This document shows, in pieces, positions 39,011 through 49,041 of a stretch of DNA of 64,000 bases; within the stretch, counting starts at the first letter, position 1; every line of letters begins with the position of its first letter. Source of the DNA: a plasmid. A program made the position numbers and the translations under genes. Location of the stretch: sequence record CP088595.1; one strand, written 5' to 3'. Under the pieces are notes generated by a model. That model was not told the DNA's origin. It did no database searches and saw nothing but the letters and a program-made list of their open reading frames with translations.

Positions 39011-39862
39011 TCAGACTCGTGGCGGCAATGCACCTGGATAATGCCGTGCAATAATATCATTCAGTTTTTCAACAAGGTCAGAACGCTTAAAGACAATGTG
39101 TACGGTCCCTTTCTGGTAGCCACGCACCGTAAAATATTCCCCTTCTAACAGCTTACCGACATTGTCGCCGTTCCCGATAAATTCACCATACTGCGCCCCG
39201 ATGCTGTTCCTGAAGTCAGGAACGTTGCGCCCCTCCAGCAGATAAAACGGACGTACCAGGTCATCCAGTGCCTCCCGTCCGCTGCAGTCCAGCGTCACAC
39301 GCCCATTACTCCAGCGGTACAGCAGGTTTTCAATAATGATTTTCTTACCCAGGCGGCAGGGATTATTGGTTCTGTAATCCCATGACAATTTCCGGTAGAC
39401 ATCAATCAGACCTTGTTCAAACGTCTGCATCTTGCTGGCATTAAGATGGCGGAATGTTGCCAGTACATTGTCCAGGGTGATTTCAGGACAGGTGTCGCTC
39501 ATCAGCTGGCTGTTCCACTCATCACGCTGGCATGAACTCATGAAGGTGTACATGCCCGTATCTGTCATCAGGCGGTCCCAGATTTTCCGGTCGGCAAGAC
39601 GGGTGATATTCCTTTTCGCTTCTTCCGGTTTATCCATGCGACGAACGGAATCAGTCACGCAGTCTTCAAACCCGTAAAGAAAAATATCACCTGACGCATC
39701 GAGCAGAATCCTGCGCGCTGTCGCCAGGCATTCCATCGCCTGCATGAACAGTGCAATACCTTCGTTACGCTGCGCGATGATGCGGTCGATGGCCACAGAC
39801 GGAATAACATCTGTCGTGCCGGCAGTATTCAGGTCAGCAGTGGGTAAAGTCTGATTCATCAC
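39011..39862 (-). CDS. Conserved leading-region hypothetical protein (283 aa)
   Basis: Clean ORF directly downstream of a type-I structured repeat. Confidence 0.5.
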   Translation of the reverse strand: MMNQTLPTADLNTAGTTDVIPSVAIDRIIAQRNEGIALFMQAMECLATARRILLDASGDIFLYGFEDCVTDSVRRMDKPEEAKRNITRLADRKIWDRLMTDTGMYTFMSSCQRDEWNSQLMSDTCPEITLDNVLATFRHLNASKMQTFEQGLIDVYRKLSWDYRTNNPCRLGKKIIIENLLYRWSNGRVTLDCSGREALDDLVRPFYLLEGRNVPDFRNSIGAQYGEFIGNGDNVGKLLEGEYFTVRGYQKGTVHIVFKRSDLVEKLNDIIARHYPGALPPRV

Positions 39863-39899
39863 ATTGTCTCCTCATCGTCACGACTGCCGGGTCAGCCAG

Positions 39900-40240
39900 G
39901 TCATTTCCCGGAGGAGCGAAGCTCCTTCTGCCGTCCGGGTCTTCGGGGATTTCCCCGCAGTGGACCTTTCCGACGGGGGACGCTCACCACGTCACGGGGC
40001 AGTTGTCCGGGGGCAGACGCAAAAGTTTTTGACGCCTGCGGCAAAAAGTTTTGTGGCTGGTACATCTCTCCCCTGGATGACTGAAACGGGATGTGGTCGT
40101 GTATATACCCCCGGAAAGTCCGTCTGCGGAGAACAGGCCGCAGTGCGGCGGCAGACAGGCAGAGACAGCTGCGCCATCAGGCGCAGTGGCCTTACACACC
40201 GTAAGGTGTGCAGGGAGCGCCGCATCCGGCGCGACTGAAG
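39900..40240 (-). promoter_or_regulatory. Type-I leading-region structured repeat, copy A (putative Frpo/ssi single-strand promoter)
   Basis: About 85% similar to 43290-43640 and 49630-49980. Internal hairpins CTGCGCCatcaGGCGCAG and CACACCgtcaGGTGTG. Confidence 0.6.
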
Positions 40241-40335
40241 AAAAACGACGGCACAACAATGGCATGTGGTGGTCACTGGCACACCACTCCCGCACAGGTG
40301 AAAACAGAGAAAACCGCACGACATTTACAACCAAA

Positions 40336-40430
40336 AAAAGTGAAATTTCTTCACTTTTTTCACTTATTTATCGCGCTGATTTGGCAATTGTGATGATAAA
40401 ATAAAGTGAAGTTTTTTCACTTTTTCAAAG
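40336..40430 (+). promoter_or_regulatory. Operator-like GTGAAA/TTCAC repeat cluster upstream of the HTH gene
   Basis: AGTGAAATTTCTTCACTTTTTTCACTT and AAGTGAAGTTTTTTCACTTTTTC. Confidence 0.45.
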
Positions 40431-40437
40431 GTGTTTT

Positions 40438-40689
40438 ATGACTGGCTGGGAACTGCGAATCTGGCGAAAAAGCATGCTCTGGTCACGCGAAAAAGCGGCC
40501 AGAGAATTTGGCGTGACGCAGAGAACATGGCACGCCTGGGAAAATGCGGAACAGGTGGACGTCACCGTCTGGAGGACCACCCAGGCACTTTCAGTCCGTG
40601 ACCTGCTGCCTCACATGCAGGGGATGCGCAAGGCAGATATCATCAGGCGTCTGGAAAATGAACTGGGGGAAACGGCAGAGGATGTGTGA
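40438..40689 (+). CDS. XRE-type helix-turn-helix regulator (83 aa)
   Basis: The segment AAREFGVTQRTWHAWEN fits an HTH. One of the few plus-strand genes in the leading region. Confidence 0.5.
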   Translation: MTGWELRIWRKSMLWSREKAAREFGVTQRTWHAWENAEQVDVTVWRTTQALSVRDLLPHMQGMRKADIIRRLENELGETAEDV

Positions 40690-40719
40690 GCGTGATTCAC
40701 AGCCTGGCAGAATGCCAGG

Positions 40720-40926
40720 CTACTGCTCATCAGGAAACAGTTTTTTCAGTTCTTCACCGGAAAGTCCGGCTGCCTCCTGAATCCGTTCCGGCGTCCAGCC
40801 CATATCCCGCAGCCGGCAGGCTGCTTCCCGCGCCACTTCAAGCGCACCTTTCTTAAAACCTTCTTTAAAACCTTCGTCGAAACCTTCGTCGAAACCTTTC
40901 TGTATAAGACGTTCTGCAATCGTCAT
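40720..40926 (-). CDS. Stand-alone Rpn C-terminal-domain mini-protein (68 aa), RpnS-like
   Basis: Begins MTIAERL, like the C-terminal 57 aa of the adjacent Rpn ORF. Contains GFDEGF/KEGFKKG repeats. Confidence 0.5.
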   Translation of the reverse strand: MTIAERLIQKGFDEGFDEGFKEGFKKGALEVAREAACRLRDMGWTPERIQEAAGLSGEELKKLFPDEQ

Positions 40927-40987
40927 ACTGTTTTCTCTGCTCCTGCTGGCAAAAGGCCCGGTATTTTGCCGGGCTGTGAGGTTCTCA

Positions 40988-41890
40988 TCAGTGAATGATT
41001 TTCTTCAGTTCGTCATCGGAAAGTCCGGTAGCCTGCTTAATCTGCTCCGGCGTCATCCCCATTTTCTGAAGCTGGCACGCAATAGCCAGGGCTTTTTCAA
41101 GCGCACCTTCCATCCTGCCCTCCTGGCGACCTTTTTGCTCAAGACGTTCTGCGATAGTCATCAGTTTATCCTCATGCTGCGGCAGACGCTCAGCCAGCGC
41201 CCGCATAAATTCCGGTGATACAGAGTCCCCTGCGTTAACGATGTAATGAATCAGAACACGCACCTGCTCGTCTGAAATTTCCACCATGACCTGCGGGAGT
41301 TTGTCCAGCAGCTCCATCATGTCACGATGGCGGATATGCTTCATCAGCAGCGTCAGTGCGGCCATCCGGCGATGGTTCATGATTTCATTGTCATCAACGA
41401 CAGTGATATCAACCAGCGGAAACGGCTTTGTGTATATTTTAGCCGCAAGCGCCGGATTCTCAAAACAGTCCAGCCAGTTCATGCTGTACGGATACGGGCT
41501 GCGCTCACCATGATAGAACAGCACCGGAATCACCAGTGGCAACGTTTTGTGCTGCTCCAGATGTCTCTGCATCGCCGCCACACTGTAACGTAACATGCGG
41601 AAAGGCATGTACAGATTTTCGGTGCTCTGGTGCTCGATGAGCGTATAAACATAGCCGTCTTTACCCCCGGTGGTTTTCACGCTCCAGAGGATATCGCTGG
41701 CGTACTGATGCAGGTCCGGCTCTACAAAGGTGGCGGGTTCCAGCTTCAGCGTGGACAGGTCGCACAACTGCCGGTACTCCGCAGGAAGATGCAGTTCCAG
41801 AAAATCTCTGGCGACGTCGGGATTCGCCAGGAACGACCGGAACGCGGCATCATGCGGCGTGGGCGTCGTGGTGTTTTTCTTCTTACTCAC
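40988..41890 (-). CDS. Rpn-family (YhgA-like, PD-(D/E)XK) recombination-promoting nuclease (300 aa)
   Basis: Resembles the E. coli Rpn/YhgA-like family in overall architecture as I recall it; by-eye family assignment, not searched. An internal GAGGA-N7-ATG at 41161 would yield a 57-aa C-terminal product. Confidence 0.6.
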   Translation of the reverse strand: MSKKKNTTTPTPHDAAFRSFLANPDVARDFLELHLPAEYRQLCDLSTLKLEPATFVEPDLHQYASDILWSVKTTGGKDGYVYTLIEHQSTENLYMPFRMLRYSVAAMQRHLEQHKTLPLVIPVLFYHGERSPYPYSMNWLDCFENPALAAKIYTKPFPLVDITVVDDNEIMNHRRMAALTLLMKHIRHRDMMELLDKLPQVMVEISDEQVRVLIHYIVNAGDSVSPEFMRALAERLPQHEDKLMTIAERLEQKGRQEGRMEGALEKALAIACQLQKMGMTPEQIKQATGLSDDELKKIIH

Positions 41891-42276
41891 GGTTCCTCCA
41901 TCAAATCAGCAGCATCGCAGCAATCATCGCCCAAATCCCCACAACCGAGAGGACAGCAATTGCGTTCAAAGCCATGACAACAATAGCCGCGTTCTGAGTC
42001 ACGGCGTATTTCTTCAGCAATCTCTTCTGCGGAAAGGTAATCAAACTCCTCACGGGCCAGTTCCAGGACCAGCAGATGTTGTTCTGTCGGCAATGTGGCC
42101 ACAAAATTATCAATAGCAGCACTCAAACGTCGCTGATATAGCTCATAAACAAGACCACAACGGGGCATTAGTTCTTCGGATAATAGTTCCAGTTTTGAGC
42201 GAATTCTGTCAGCGTTGAAAGTGACTTCATCAAAAGACATATGAAAAGCTTTGTCAGTATCAAAACAAGACTTCAT
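41887..42276 (-). CDS. Hypothetical acidic Cys-rich protein (129 aa from MKSCF; 154 aa if started at 42351), translationally coupled to the Rpn gene
   Basis: GGAGA RBS before the ATG at 42276. Stop overlaps the Rpn start (ATGA). C-terminus CCHGFERNCCPLGCGDLGDDCCD. Confidence 0.5.
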   Translation of the reverse strand: MKSCFDTDKAFHMSFDEVTFNADRIRSKLELLSEELMPRCGLVYELYQRRLSAAIDNFVATLPTEQHLLVLELAREEFDYLSAEEIAEEIRRDSERGYCCHGFERNCCPLGCGDLGDDCCDAADLMEEP

Positions 42277-42452
42277 TGTTATCTCCAGCCCTCCCGGGCC
42301 CTGAATGAAAGAGAATCTGTTTCCCTTTTCTGTTTTTTGTGGAGACACCATGCAACACAGACGTCGTGATGTTTTTCATCTTGCTCACGGTTCCTCCTGG
42401 TAAAGTACCTGAACACATCCTGCCACCTGCACAGGCAGACGGCAGGGGTTAA

Positions 42453-42719
42453 TCAGTGACAGACCCGTTCAATTTCAAGCGCGCGGAGCAGGTGGCCCCA
42501 TTCGCTGACTTTCATGGCGGGGATACGTACCCGCTTCTGCTCACTGCAGCGTCTGGCGATATGACCGCTCATCGCCAGGACGTCCGGGTTAATCTCATCC
42601 TGTGCCAGCTCCTGACGTCTGAAGCGGGTATGGCGGTGCAGGGGTTTATTCTCCCGCAGGCACTCTTCACGCAGACGCTTTACATACTCGGCGGTTGCGA
42701 AGATAATTGATGGTTTCAT
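42453..42719 (-). CDS. Hypothetical 88-aa basic protein
   Basis: ORF. Confidence 0.35.
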   Translation of the reverse strand: MKPSIIFATAEYVKRLREECLRENKPLHRHTRFRRQELAQDEINPDVLAMSGHIARRCSEQKRVRIPAMKVSEWGHLLRALEIERVCH

Positions 42720-42812
42720 GGCATAATCTCCATAGATAGTGATTGAGATGCCGGGCTTCCTGGCGGGGAAGCGCCGGCGGAGAGAGGCAGGGTTTATCGC
42801 CCTGCCTTTTTT

Positions 42813-43247
42813 TCATTTCGGACAGCGGCGCAGTGCCAGCGCGAGCGCTTTCATCTTCCAGCCTTCCGGCGTGCGATACATCACCTTCCAGTAGCCGTCG
42901 ATGAACACATAATGGAAGCGCACCTCTTCAGTGCTTTCAGTGGCAATAGCCTCCATGAAAGAACGGTACTCACGCGCCTCACTGTCCATCCGGAAACCAC
43001 TGTCACGTCCGTAATAAGCCGTCACACCGTCCACCGGGTTCTGAAGCGTATGCCCGGCGGGTTTGTCGCAACGGGGACCGAGGCAACGGATATCACCGTG
43101 TTCAACCAGGGCTTCGGCCTGCTGACCAGTGGCATAGTGGGTATGCAGGATGCGACCGTTCCAGGTCGGCTCACCGTGCAGGTGGCAGTAAACGGTACGG
43201 AACACCCCGTCGCGGCAAAAAACGGAAATCGTGCTGCTGACTGTCAT
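42813..43247 (-). CDS. Orphan 144-aa protein immediately downstream of type-I repeat copy B
   Basis: ORF. Its position is equivalent to ssb relative to the repeat. Confidence 0.5.
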   Translation of the reverse strand: MTVSSTISVFCRDGVFRTVYCHLHGEPTWNGRILHTHYATGQQAEALVEHGDIRCLGPRCDKPAGHTLQNPVDGVTAYYGRDSGFRMDSEAREYRSFMEAIATESTEEVRFHYVFIDGYWKVMYRTPEGWKMKALALALRRCPK

Positions 43248-43289
43248 GAAAACGTCTCCTTCTGCTGAATCAGGTCGCCGGGCCGACCG

Positions 43290-43800
43290 GTTGCTCCCCG
43301 GAGGGGCGAAAGCCCCTTCTGCCGTCCACTTCTTCGGGGTTTCTCCCCGCAGTGGACCTTTCCGATGGGGCGTCCGTCACCACGTCACGGGGCAGCTGTC
43401 CGGGGGCGGACGCAAAATTTTTTGCCGGGTTTATGGCTAAAAATTTTGTGGACGGTATATCTTCCCCTGGACTGCTGAAACGGGATGTGGTTACTCCAGC
43501 CCCCGGAAAGTCCACAGCGGGAAACAGGCCGCAGGGGTGGCGGCGGAAGGGTTGACTGCGCCATCAGGCGCAGTTGCCTTACACACCGTCAGGTGTGCAG
43601 GGAGCGCCGTTTCCGGCGCGACAGGGGCGGCGCGACCGGAACGGTCGCTGCAAGCCTGGTTTTTCAGACATCGGACCGTAGCGGCAGCCCGAAACCGCGC
43701 CAGCGGGTTCGGCGGAGACTGGCGGGTGCGCCAGCAGCTGCCTGTCGGAGTCGGGCCTGACGACCGGATGCCGCCAGGCAGCCGGGAGCCGAAGGTGTCC
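43290..43800 (-). promoter_or_regulatory. Type-I structured repeat, copy B
   Basis: Matches copies A and C. Its 3' 170 bp (43640-43800) is shared only with copy C. Confidence 0.6.
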
Positions 43801-43975
43801 CCGCCTCCGGAAATCAGAACAACAGAAACGACATAACAGAAAAATGCCTCACACCATGACGGGCAGGAAGGGCAGCGCCGCAGGCGCGGCCCTCCTGCAT
43901 TTCAGGCAGGCGTAAGCCTGCCAGGGTTTTCCGGCGGCCTGGCAGGCCATACCCCCGCCGGAGCGGGGGAGTAAA

Positions 43976-44476
43976 TCACCGACGGAACACATGACCGTCA
44001 ATAAAGGTGAAGGAGTCCAGGAATAAATCCCGCGCATACGCCTCATAGTCAAAATAGAGCGCCACCGTCTCCGGCACGTCAGCCAGCAGGCCGGTATCAC
44101 TGGCGAACTCAACCGCAAAAGCCTCCTCACTGTCAGCCTCGCCCCACCAGGCATCGCGGAAGGTGTCAAAATCCGTCTCACCGGTATCATCCACCCAGAG
44201 ACGATAAGCCTCTTCGCAGCCTTCATCCCGTGCCCGGCGGAAGCCTTCAACCCAGGCCCAGTTGATATGACATTCAGAGGCCATATTCCCCGGGAATCCC
44301 TCATAATCCTGAAACATCAGTTCAGGATCGGCTTCATCCTGGTGAAGAGCACGGCAGGCGGCGAAAAAGTCGCGCTCATCATCAAACGTGGTCAGGTCAA
44401 ACCAGCGTCCGGCGATGCTTCCACAGTTGTATTTGTGCCAGGTTCCAACGTATACAGCAGGTGCAACAACAGACAT
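43976..44476 (-). CDS. ardA: Antirestriction protein ArdA (166 aa)
   Basis: Starts [28 protein letters not shown], the ColIb-P9 ArdA N-terminus as I recall it. Acidic. The six-frame ORF from 44866 is a spurious extension. Confidence 0.8.
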   Translation of the reverse strand: MSVVAPAVYVGTWHKYNCGSIAGRWFDLTTFDDERDFFAACRALHQDEADPELMFQDYEGFPGNMASECHINWAWVEGFRRARDEGCEEAYRLWVDDTGETDFDTFRDAWWGEADSEEAFAVEFASDTGLLADVPETVALYFDYEAYARDLFLDSFTFIDGHVFRR

Positions 44477-44489
44477 TCCCGAATCCTCC

Positions 44490-44865
44490 ATAGTCACATG
44501 TTCTGCGACACCGGGCGGTGCCGTGCCTCCATAAAAGCCGGGCGATAAGGCGGGGATGCAGGGGCGCAAGGGAAGCCGCAGCCTGACGCACACGGCTGAC
44601 GGGAGTTGCAGGGTGAGGCCGCGAAACCTGAGCGGACGAACGACCGGAAAATCACGGCAGACGGGAAGGAGGGACCGGGTGACCGCAGCGGCGAAGCGTA
44701 CCCTTGCATCCCTGCCAGCCCGGCTAAGATGGAGGCACGGCACAGCCCGCACACGACGCTGAGGCCACAGAGCTGAAAACCCACAAGGCCATGCCCCGCA
44801 TGGCCGGGTAAAAGCGGAGCCGCCGGCGACTTCCTTATTCCGGCGAGTGCAGAGGACACGCCGCA
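44490..44865 (-). promoter_or_regulatory. Type-II structured repeat, copy D (upstream of ardA)
   Basis: About 90% identical to 51467-51812. Long-range inverted repeat GTGCCGTGCCTCCAT...ATGGAGGCACGGCAC. Confidence 0.6.
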
Positions 44866-44937
44866 TGACCTCCAGACCACCCCTGATATGAAACGATCAT
44901 GATCGGCGTGTCCCTGCGTAAAATATACATGCCTGGT

Positions 44938-45534
44938 TCACCGGAGAATATCTGTGATATCCACAAGTTTTCTGTCGCGCAGCCAGTCCTGCGCTTCACG
45001 CACCACACAACTGTCCGGTTTCACCGCTTTCAGCGATGATGCCAGTCGCTTGATCAACATCACCAGTTCCCGTGTCTGTATGTCCGGCATTGTCTCCGGC
45101 GGAGCAGGGGGACTCTCATTTCCGACGCTCATCCCATGCGCTTCCAGTGTGGCACGGACAAACCAGGCGGCATCGACCAGTTGCTGTCCAATCCAGGCCA
45201 GATCGGCATTTCTGTCACGGGCTGCCATTCGCTCGCCCGACAGCGCCTTGCTGATATGGCTGCGCACCAGATTATCCAGGAGTGCCTGCGCTTCTTCCGG
45301 TGAAAAGCCACCTGGTATCTCTGTGCGCAACAGCCCTTTCCTGTACAGAAGCTGCAGCAGATCAACCTGCGACCGCACAGCAACTATCAGTACATAACGG
45401 ACAACATTCGCACTGGCAGTGGTTTCTGTATCATTCAGCAGTTCTTCCGGATCGTTCCCCCCGGTGTTGCAGAGCAACGGCAACAGAGGTCGCATCCACG
45501 CGGGAACCTGGTATTTTTCGTCTGATTTCATCAT
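44938..45534 (-). CDS. Hypothetical 198-aa protein, coupled to psiA
   Basis: GGAGA RBS before MMKSDEK. Start overlaps the psiA stop (ATGA). Confidence 0.5.
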   Translation of the reverse strand: MMKSDEKYQVPAWMRPLLPLLCNTGGNDPEELLNDTETTASANVVRYVLIVAVRSQVDLLQLLYRKGLLRTEIPGGFSPEEAQALLDNLVRSHISKALSGERMAARDRNADLAWIGQQLVDAAWFVRATLEAHGMSVGNESPPAPPETMPDIQTRELVMLIKRLASSLKAVKPDSCVVREAQDWLRDRKLVDITDILR

Positions 45535-46250
45535 ATTACGTTCTCCAGCTTGTTCGGGATCATCCACTGCTCAAGTGCACGTACCTGTACCGGTGCACCA
45601 CGACCGGCCTCACCGGCTTCAAAAATCAGCCGCCAGAGTGGTTCCTCCTGCCAGAAAAACCGGTCAAATGATGACAGTGATGGAAAACGCCCGCACCACC
45701 CCCAGAAAATCGTTTCCAGATCATGCTCCTCAACAACACCAGACCAGCGGGACAACCAGCTTCCGACCGTGGCGGGAGTATGAAACGCAAGGTCAATCTG
45801 CGCCTGAGCAAAACATGTCTGGTATTCCAGTTCCCGTCGTTCTGCCTCACGTTCCCGCTGGCGGCTGTATTTCTGCTCTGTCAGCGTGGTTTTCTGACGA
45901 CGACGCTCACCTTCACGAAAAGGCACGGACGGGAACAGACGGTGCCCCGCATCGGATGGCAGGGGAAGAACACAGACTTCCCCAAAACTTTCAATCAGTT
46001 TATCCACGGCAGCCAGCCACAGGAGACGGTTGCCATGAAATTCCTCCTTCGTCAGCGCAGGGGCAAAAAAGCGGAGATCGGTCAGCGAAATCCGGCGACT
46101 GCCATTCAGGCAGCGAAAGAAAGCGGTGGCATAAGGCCATGCTGAAAGTGTGCGTCCCTGACGACGACGTTGTTCTGTGACAGCCACCGCCTGCATGGCG
46201 GCCTGTTGTTCTGCGCTGAGGGGGATCAGTGCCCGTGAACGTACGCTCAT
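45531..46250 (-). CDS. psiA: PsiA (239 aa)
   Basis: Length and residues (e.g. [19 protein letters not shown]) as in F-plasmid PsiA. Follows psiB. Confidence 0.8.
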   Translation of the reverse strand: MSVRSRALIPLSAEQQAAMQAVAVTEQRRRQGRTLSAWPYATAFFRCLNGSRRISLTDLRFFAPALTKEEFHGNRLLWLAAVDKLIESFGEVCVLPLPSDAGHRLFPSVPFREGERRRQKTTLTEQKYSRQREREAERRELEYQTCFAQAQIDLAFHTPATVGSWLSRWSGVVEEHDLETIFWGWCGRFPSLSSFDRFFWQEEPLWRLIFEAGEAGRGAPVQVRALEQWMIPNKLENVI

Positions 46251-46681
46251 GCCTGACCTCCTTCTGCCATCAGGATATGGATGATGTCGTTAACACTGTA
46301 TCCCTGCGCATCCAGTGTCGCGGCAAGCGCCAGCGTGTGACTGATCGCGACAGGCGTGAAGATATGTTGCACCTGAACGACGGCGAAAGGCTGTCCACCA
46401 CCATTCACCAGAACCAGCATCCAGAGCTGAGAGACGTCTCCCGGCGAACATAATGCCAGGTGGAAACGTTCGTGGGCTGGCGTGAAACGAACCTGGACGG
46501 GGAAAAAGCCCCCGAACTCGCTGCCATACTCTCCGTTCATCATCCAGTTAGCCGGTGCGTCCACTTCACGCATCACCTCGTGAGTGAGATTACGGCGCAT
46601 ATCGCTTCCCGCAGCACGGATTTCTTCATATTCCTGGGCATTCATGGACTGCAGGGCATTCAGTGTCAGTTCAGTTTTCAT
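46247..46681 (-). CDS. psiB: Plasmid SOS-inhibition protein PsiB (144 aa)
   Basis: [19 protein letters not shown]...[37 protein letters not shown], closely similar to F PsiB. Confidence 0.85.
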   Translation of the reverse strand: MKTELTLNALQSMNAQEYEEIRAAGSDMRRNLTHEVMREVDAPANWMMNGEYGSEFGGFFPVQVRFTPAHERFHLALCSPGDVSQLWMLVLVNGGGQPFAVVQVQHIFTPVAISHTLALAATLDAQGYSVNDIIHILMAEGGQA

Positions 46682-46733
46682 CACGGTATCTCCCTCTGCC
46701 GCCCCGTCTCCGGCGGGGCGGTGTGGTTGTTCA

Positions 46734-48692
46734 TCAGGCGGCATCAGCCAGGTTATCGGCGCGTTCAGTGGCATCCGTCTGTGGACGTGGTGAACACATC
46801 CAGCCAGGCATCCAGCGGTTGTCTTTCATATGGAACTCTGCATGTTCAGCGGCATCGCCTTTCTTCATCTTCTCTGCGTCCCGTGCGGCACCGGACAGTC
46901 CGGCATCATTCAGGGCTGCGATAATCTGCGGCTTTTTCAGGTGTCCGAAGAAGTTTGCTTTCGTCGGCTGCCACCAGTCGCGCATGTGAAAACCGATGGC
47001 GCTATCCAGTGAGTCAAGCGGACTGCGTGACGTGCGACCACACTCGCGGGTCTGGACACCGTTAAGGCTGCATGCGGTGCAGAAACTGAGCAGGGATAAC
47101 AGCACCTCCTGACTGAGTGACAGGAACGTCGTCATGTCCCGTGACCATCCCTCCGGTAACAGGGCCGCAAGACGGGCTTTTTCTGCCATCAGCGCCAGGA
47201 ATGCGGCACCTTCCTTCCCTGACGGCGCATCGCTGGTCAGCGAATAATGTTTACATTCCAGGCTGATTTGTGCTGGTTTACTGTACGCTCCGCTGTCAAA
47301 CACATTCAGGCAGAGCGTCCATGCCAACAGTGCAAGAGATTTGTCCGGTTGCTGCATCAGTGCTGCCTGGACTGCCAGCGTGCGTTCGGAAGACATTTTC
47401 GTCAGCAACGGCAGACTGATTTCCTCCACTGACGCTTTCTCCTGCACCTGTTCCGTGCGGTCAGCGTCATCAGTCGCGTCATCTTCACTGCGCAACTGCA
47501 CACCACGCTGGACACATACGTTTCCATAACGCCAGGACACCACCACTCCACCTCCGGCACGCATCTCCGGCGTCCACGCTCTGACCTTCGCCATGCAGCG
47601 CATCAGCTTCATTTCTGCTTCCAGCAGGTCAGATTCCTCACACTGGTTTTCCAGCGCGTCGTAACGTGCCATCAGTTCGTTCAGACGTTCTTCTTCCGCC
47701 TCGGTCAGCACCGCTTCCGGCTCCGGCAGACAGCGGTATGTTCCGGCATCCTCACGGCACTCACCGACAGGCTCCATGCGTCCGGCGCACCATTCCCAGC
47801 CTTCGGCTTCCCGAAGGAACTCTGCGACAGCCTGGAGTTTTTCCAGCAGGGCGGCATCGAGCGCCACGCAGTCCACATAGCCACCCTCGTCGTCGCTGAA
47901 CAAATCGGTGCGCAGTTCGTCTGGCGAGAAGGCATCAGCCCCCACGAAGCGGAATTTACTGTTCCCCGCCACCGCCACTTCACTTTCCGTAATCAGATTG
48001 CGGATAACCCGCACATCCGGTTTACCGCCCCATCCCGACTGACAGGCAGCTTCAAACACCTGCACCTGACGCGCGGTGTCGTTCTCCAGCGCCAGCGCCT
48101 GACAGTGTTCGGTGGTGATGCGGTCTTCTGCCAGCGCATCGAGGATGACAGGCGCAAGGTCAGCCAGTTTCAGCATTCGCTGAACGTGGCGGGGTAAATA
48201 GCCCAGCAAATCACCGATTTGTGCAGGTGTTTTGCCTTCCTGCGCCATTGCGCGGAATCCGGCAATCTGTTCAGCAGGGTGCATATCCCGACGATGACCG
48301 TTTTCAGTCATTGATGCCGCCGTCGCCAGCTCCTGCGGAATGACCTTCACACGGACAGGCCAGTCAGCCGGAATGATGCCACGCTCTGCCAGCATGTTGA
48401 GTGCAGCCAGTCGGCGACCACCTGCGGCGACACCGTAACGGTCACCAGGCAGGGTATGCACGACCAGATTCTGCAACAGGCCAACGCCCTTAATGGACTC
48501 CGCCAGTTCGCTGACGGACTCCGCAGAATACGGCACCGTGCGCACATTCAGCGGTGATTTAATCAGCGAGGCCAGCGGCACGCTCACTTCCTCCGTCTGC
48601 GCCAGCAGGGCAGACAGGACTGTTTCCTGCGTTTTTGCATATTTACGGCTTGCTTTGCGGGTGGTTTCTGGTTCACACTTCGTTACAGGCAT
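46734..48692 (-). CDS. ParB-like nuclease-domain leading-region protein (~652 aa)
   Basis: N-terminal ParB/Srx-like region (GLLQNLVVH...GGRRLAAL). Size as the F-plasmid leading-region ParB-like ORF. Confidence 0.7.
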   Translation of the reverse strand: MPVTKCEPETTRKASRKYAKTQETVLSALLAQTEEVSVPLASLIKSPLNVRTVPYSAESVSELAESIKGVGLLQNLVVHTLPGDRYGVAAGGRRLAALNMLAERGIIPADWPVRVKVIPQELATAASMTENGHRRDMHPAEQIAGFRAMAQEGKTPAQIGDLLGYLPRHVQRMLKLADLAPVILDALAEDRITTEHCQALALENDTARQVQVFEAACQSGWGGKPDVRVIRNLITESEVAVAGNSKFRFVGADAFSPDELRTDLFSDDEGGYVDCVALDAALLEKLQAVAEFLREAEGWEWCAGRMEPVGECREDAGTYRCLPEPEAVLTEAEEERLNELMARYDALENQCEESDLLEAEMKLMRCMAKVRAWTPEMRAGGGVVVSWRYGNVCVQRGVQLRSEDDATDDADRTEQVQEKASVEEISLPLLTKMSSERTLAVQAALMQQPDKSLALLAWTLCLNVFDSGAYSKPAQISLECKHYSLTSDAPSGKEGAAFLALMAEKARLAALLPEGWSRDMTTFLSLSQEVLLSLLSFCTACSLNGVQTRECGRTSRSPLDSLDSAIGFHMRDWWQPTKANFFGHLKKPQIIAALNDAGLSGAARDAEKMKKGDAAEHAEFHMKDNRWMPGWMCSPRPQTDATERADNLADAA

Positions 48693-48750
48693 AATCATCC
48701 CCTTATAATTGCTTATGTCCTGCCGGACGTTCGCGCGTCCGGCACCTCTC

Positions 48751-49011
48751 TTACTTAAGAATCCCGAAATCCCTGATGTACTGGTTCATCCAGTACCCGG
48801 CACAGTCCTCAAAATTCCAGGAGCGCCAGATCAACGTGCCATCCTGACGGACAACCAGGCGAAAATGCGTTCCCTGATCATCCTCGATAAAGACGTTCCG
48901 GTACTGTGCGGCAACGGCTTCCGCCTGTTCGCGGGTAAAGGAGCCGTCCGGCAGTCTCTGAAGTATTCTGAAATATTCGCTCATCCTCATATCTCCGGTG
49001 ATGCCCCGCAC
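48751..49011 (-). CDS. Hypothetical 86-aa protein
   Basis: ORF between ssb and the ParB-like gene. Confidence 0.4.
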   Translation of the reverse strand: MRGITGDMRMSEYFRILQRLPDGSFTREQAEAVAAQYRNVFIEDDQGTHFRLVVRQDGTLIWRSWNFEDCAGYWMNQYIRDFGILK

Positions 49012-49041
49012 AGGGCGGGGCGGTTGTCACAGTCAGCCCGA

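Noticed and set aside
43231-43836. Several 67-99-aa ORFs on both strands inside type-I repeat B (and likewise in A and C)
   Set aside because: Open frames are generated by GC-rich structured DNA. They are duplicated with frameshifts between copies, so they are not conserved as proteins.
43976-44866. 296-aa ORF containing ardA
   Set aside because: The N-terminal 130 codons are translation of the GC-rich type-II repeat. ArdA begins at MSVVAP (44476).
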